Under the pieces are notes generated by a model. It did not search any database. It was given only the letters and a program-made list of their open reading frames with translations, and was not told where the DNA came from. A stretch of 64,000 nt of DNA from an uncultured Gemmatimonadaceae bacterium (GTDB lineage Bacteria > Gemmatimonadota > Gemmatimonadetes > Gemmatimonadales > Gemmatimonadaceae): positions 64,001 through 128,000 of the forward strand of contig CAWBOC010000003.1 in assembly GCA_963790305.1 (NCBI GenBank), in the 5' to 3' direction. Within the stretch, counting starts at the first letter, position 1, and every line of letters starts with the position of its first letter. Shown here one piece after another: positions 62,828-64,000 of the stretch. The translations under genes were made by a program, and so were the position numbers.

Positions 62828-63814
62828 TGGGCCCCGCGCACCTCGGAGTGATCCCCGACGGTGACCTCACCTTGCACACCCTCGACGTGCACCTCGTCGC
62901 CGACCAGCGAATTCCGCAGCACGGAACGGATGATCTTCGACTTCTGTCCAACGAGTGTGTCGCTTGAGCTCCGAGTCCTCGACGACGGAGCCCGCGCCTA
63001 ACGTGACATTGGGCCCGATCTTCGACCGTCGGAGCGTGACACCCTCCTCGATGTAGACGGGATCGACGATCGTACACCCGTCGGTCGCATCCGGACGCTG
63101 CGCCCTTCCCTTCTCCAGCATCGCGCGGTTCGTCTCGAGCAGCGTGTCGATCTTGCCGGCGTCGTACCAGCCCTCGACGTCGATCACCCGGATCTTCGCG
63201 CCCTTGTCGATCATGTACTGGAACGCATCGGTGAGATAGTACTCGCCCTTGTTCTTGGGCTGCTTGAGCACCCACTCGATGCCTTCGTAGAGCAGCTTCC
63301 AGTTCTTGATGTAGTACAGCCCGATGTTGGCGCGCTTCGAGATCGGCGTCGTCGGCTTCTCGACGATCTTCGTCATGTTGCCTTGCGTGTCGGTGACGAC
63401 GACGCCGAAGCGCTGGTAGTCCTCGACCTCCTTCACCCAGATGATGCCGTCGGCGTCGGTCGTCTTGATGACCGAGAGGTCGGCGTCGAAGATCGTGTCG
63501 ACGAAGATGATCGAGCACCGGCTGGTCGACGTGGCCGCGCGCGAGCGCGACGGCGCCGGCGGTGCCATCCTGCACCTTCTGCTCGATGAATACGGCGGGG
63601 AAGTCGAACTCCGCGCGCGACGTACTCCTCGACCTTCTCCTTGAGATGGCCGGTGATGTAGATGATCTGCTCGACGTTGCCGAGCTTCTCGAGATCGTCG
63701 AGGATGTACGCCATCACCGGCTTGCCGGCGACCTTGAGCATCGGCTTCGGCGTGATGTGCGTGTGCGGGCCGAAGGCGCGTGCCCTTCCCCGCCAGCGGA
63801 ATGATCACTTTCAT
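62818..63814 (-). CDS. Sugar-phosphate nucleotidyltransferase (GlmU/RmlA-like with LbH tail), about four frameshifts
   Basis: IIPLAGKGTRLRP/HT..TPKPML.VAGKP, QDGTAGAV, RFGVV, IVEKP, GEYYLTDA, WYDAG. The corrected frame ends VTVGDHSEVRGAQRA* at 62818. Confidence 0.88.
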
Positions 63815-63999
63815 GGCGCGCTCGTCCCCTCGCGTCCGTAGCGGTCCTGGAGTCGCACGACGTCGTCGAGCTCGGGCGTCGACGCCTCGAGGATGTCGCA
63901 GTCGGTGATCGCTTCCATGTAGTGCACGGTGCCGGGTGTGATGCGGAACGCGTCGCCCTCGCGCAAGCGAACATCCTCGAGCTCGTCGCCGGAGCTTGA
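63811..63999 (-). CDS. Cupin-domain protein (mannose-6-phosphate isomerase-like), 5'-truncated by the window edge
   Basis: Own translation: LREGDAFRITPGTVHYMEAITDCDILEASTPELDDVVRLQDRYGR. Stop overlaps the next ATG. Confidence 0.85.
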   Translation of the reverse strand, partial: SSSGDELEDVRLREGDAFRITPGTVHYMEAITDCDILEASTPELDDVVRLQDRYGREGTSAP

Positions 64000-64000
64000 C

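Overview
High-GC bacterial chromosomal segment. Gene content and several lineage-typical hypothetical proteins suggest Gemmatimonadota (inference). It is almost fully coding with about 58 genes; no rRNA, tRNA, CRISPR array, transposase or prophage was seen. Housekeeping content includes purD, mutM plus a UvrC/Cho-like nuclease, a futalosine-type menaquinone operon (ubiE-ubiD-ubiA-ubiX) with a chemoreceptor translationally coupled inside it, an ECF sigma/anti-sigma operon, an Fe-S carrier operon, guaB, gpmI, a molybdenum-cofactor operon containing dacB, an acyl-CoA dehydrogenase-etfBA-membrane Fe-S oxidoreductase cluster, cstA/ybdD, a LeuA-like synthase and a nucleotidyltransferase. Main points of interest: (1) about 13 intergenic elements made of 7- or 9-mer tandem repeats, most arranged as inverted pairs. 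The units are unrelated but the architecture is shared; several elements overlap stop codons, one appears to supply mirror-image promoters and start codons to two divergent genes, and one unit recurs inside a coding sequence. (2) A doubled peptidoglycan-remodelling module with a catalytically dead and an intact L,D-transpeptidase followed by two M15 peptidases carrying Ca-binding-like loops. (3) A chemoreceptor without a periplasmic sensor domain inside the menaquinone operon. About 19-20 single-base frameshifts, nearly all +1, cluster near 1.1-1.6 kb and at 51.6-63.8 kb and are most likely sequencing or assembly errors.
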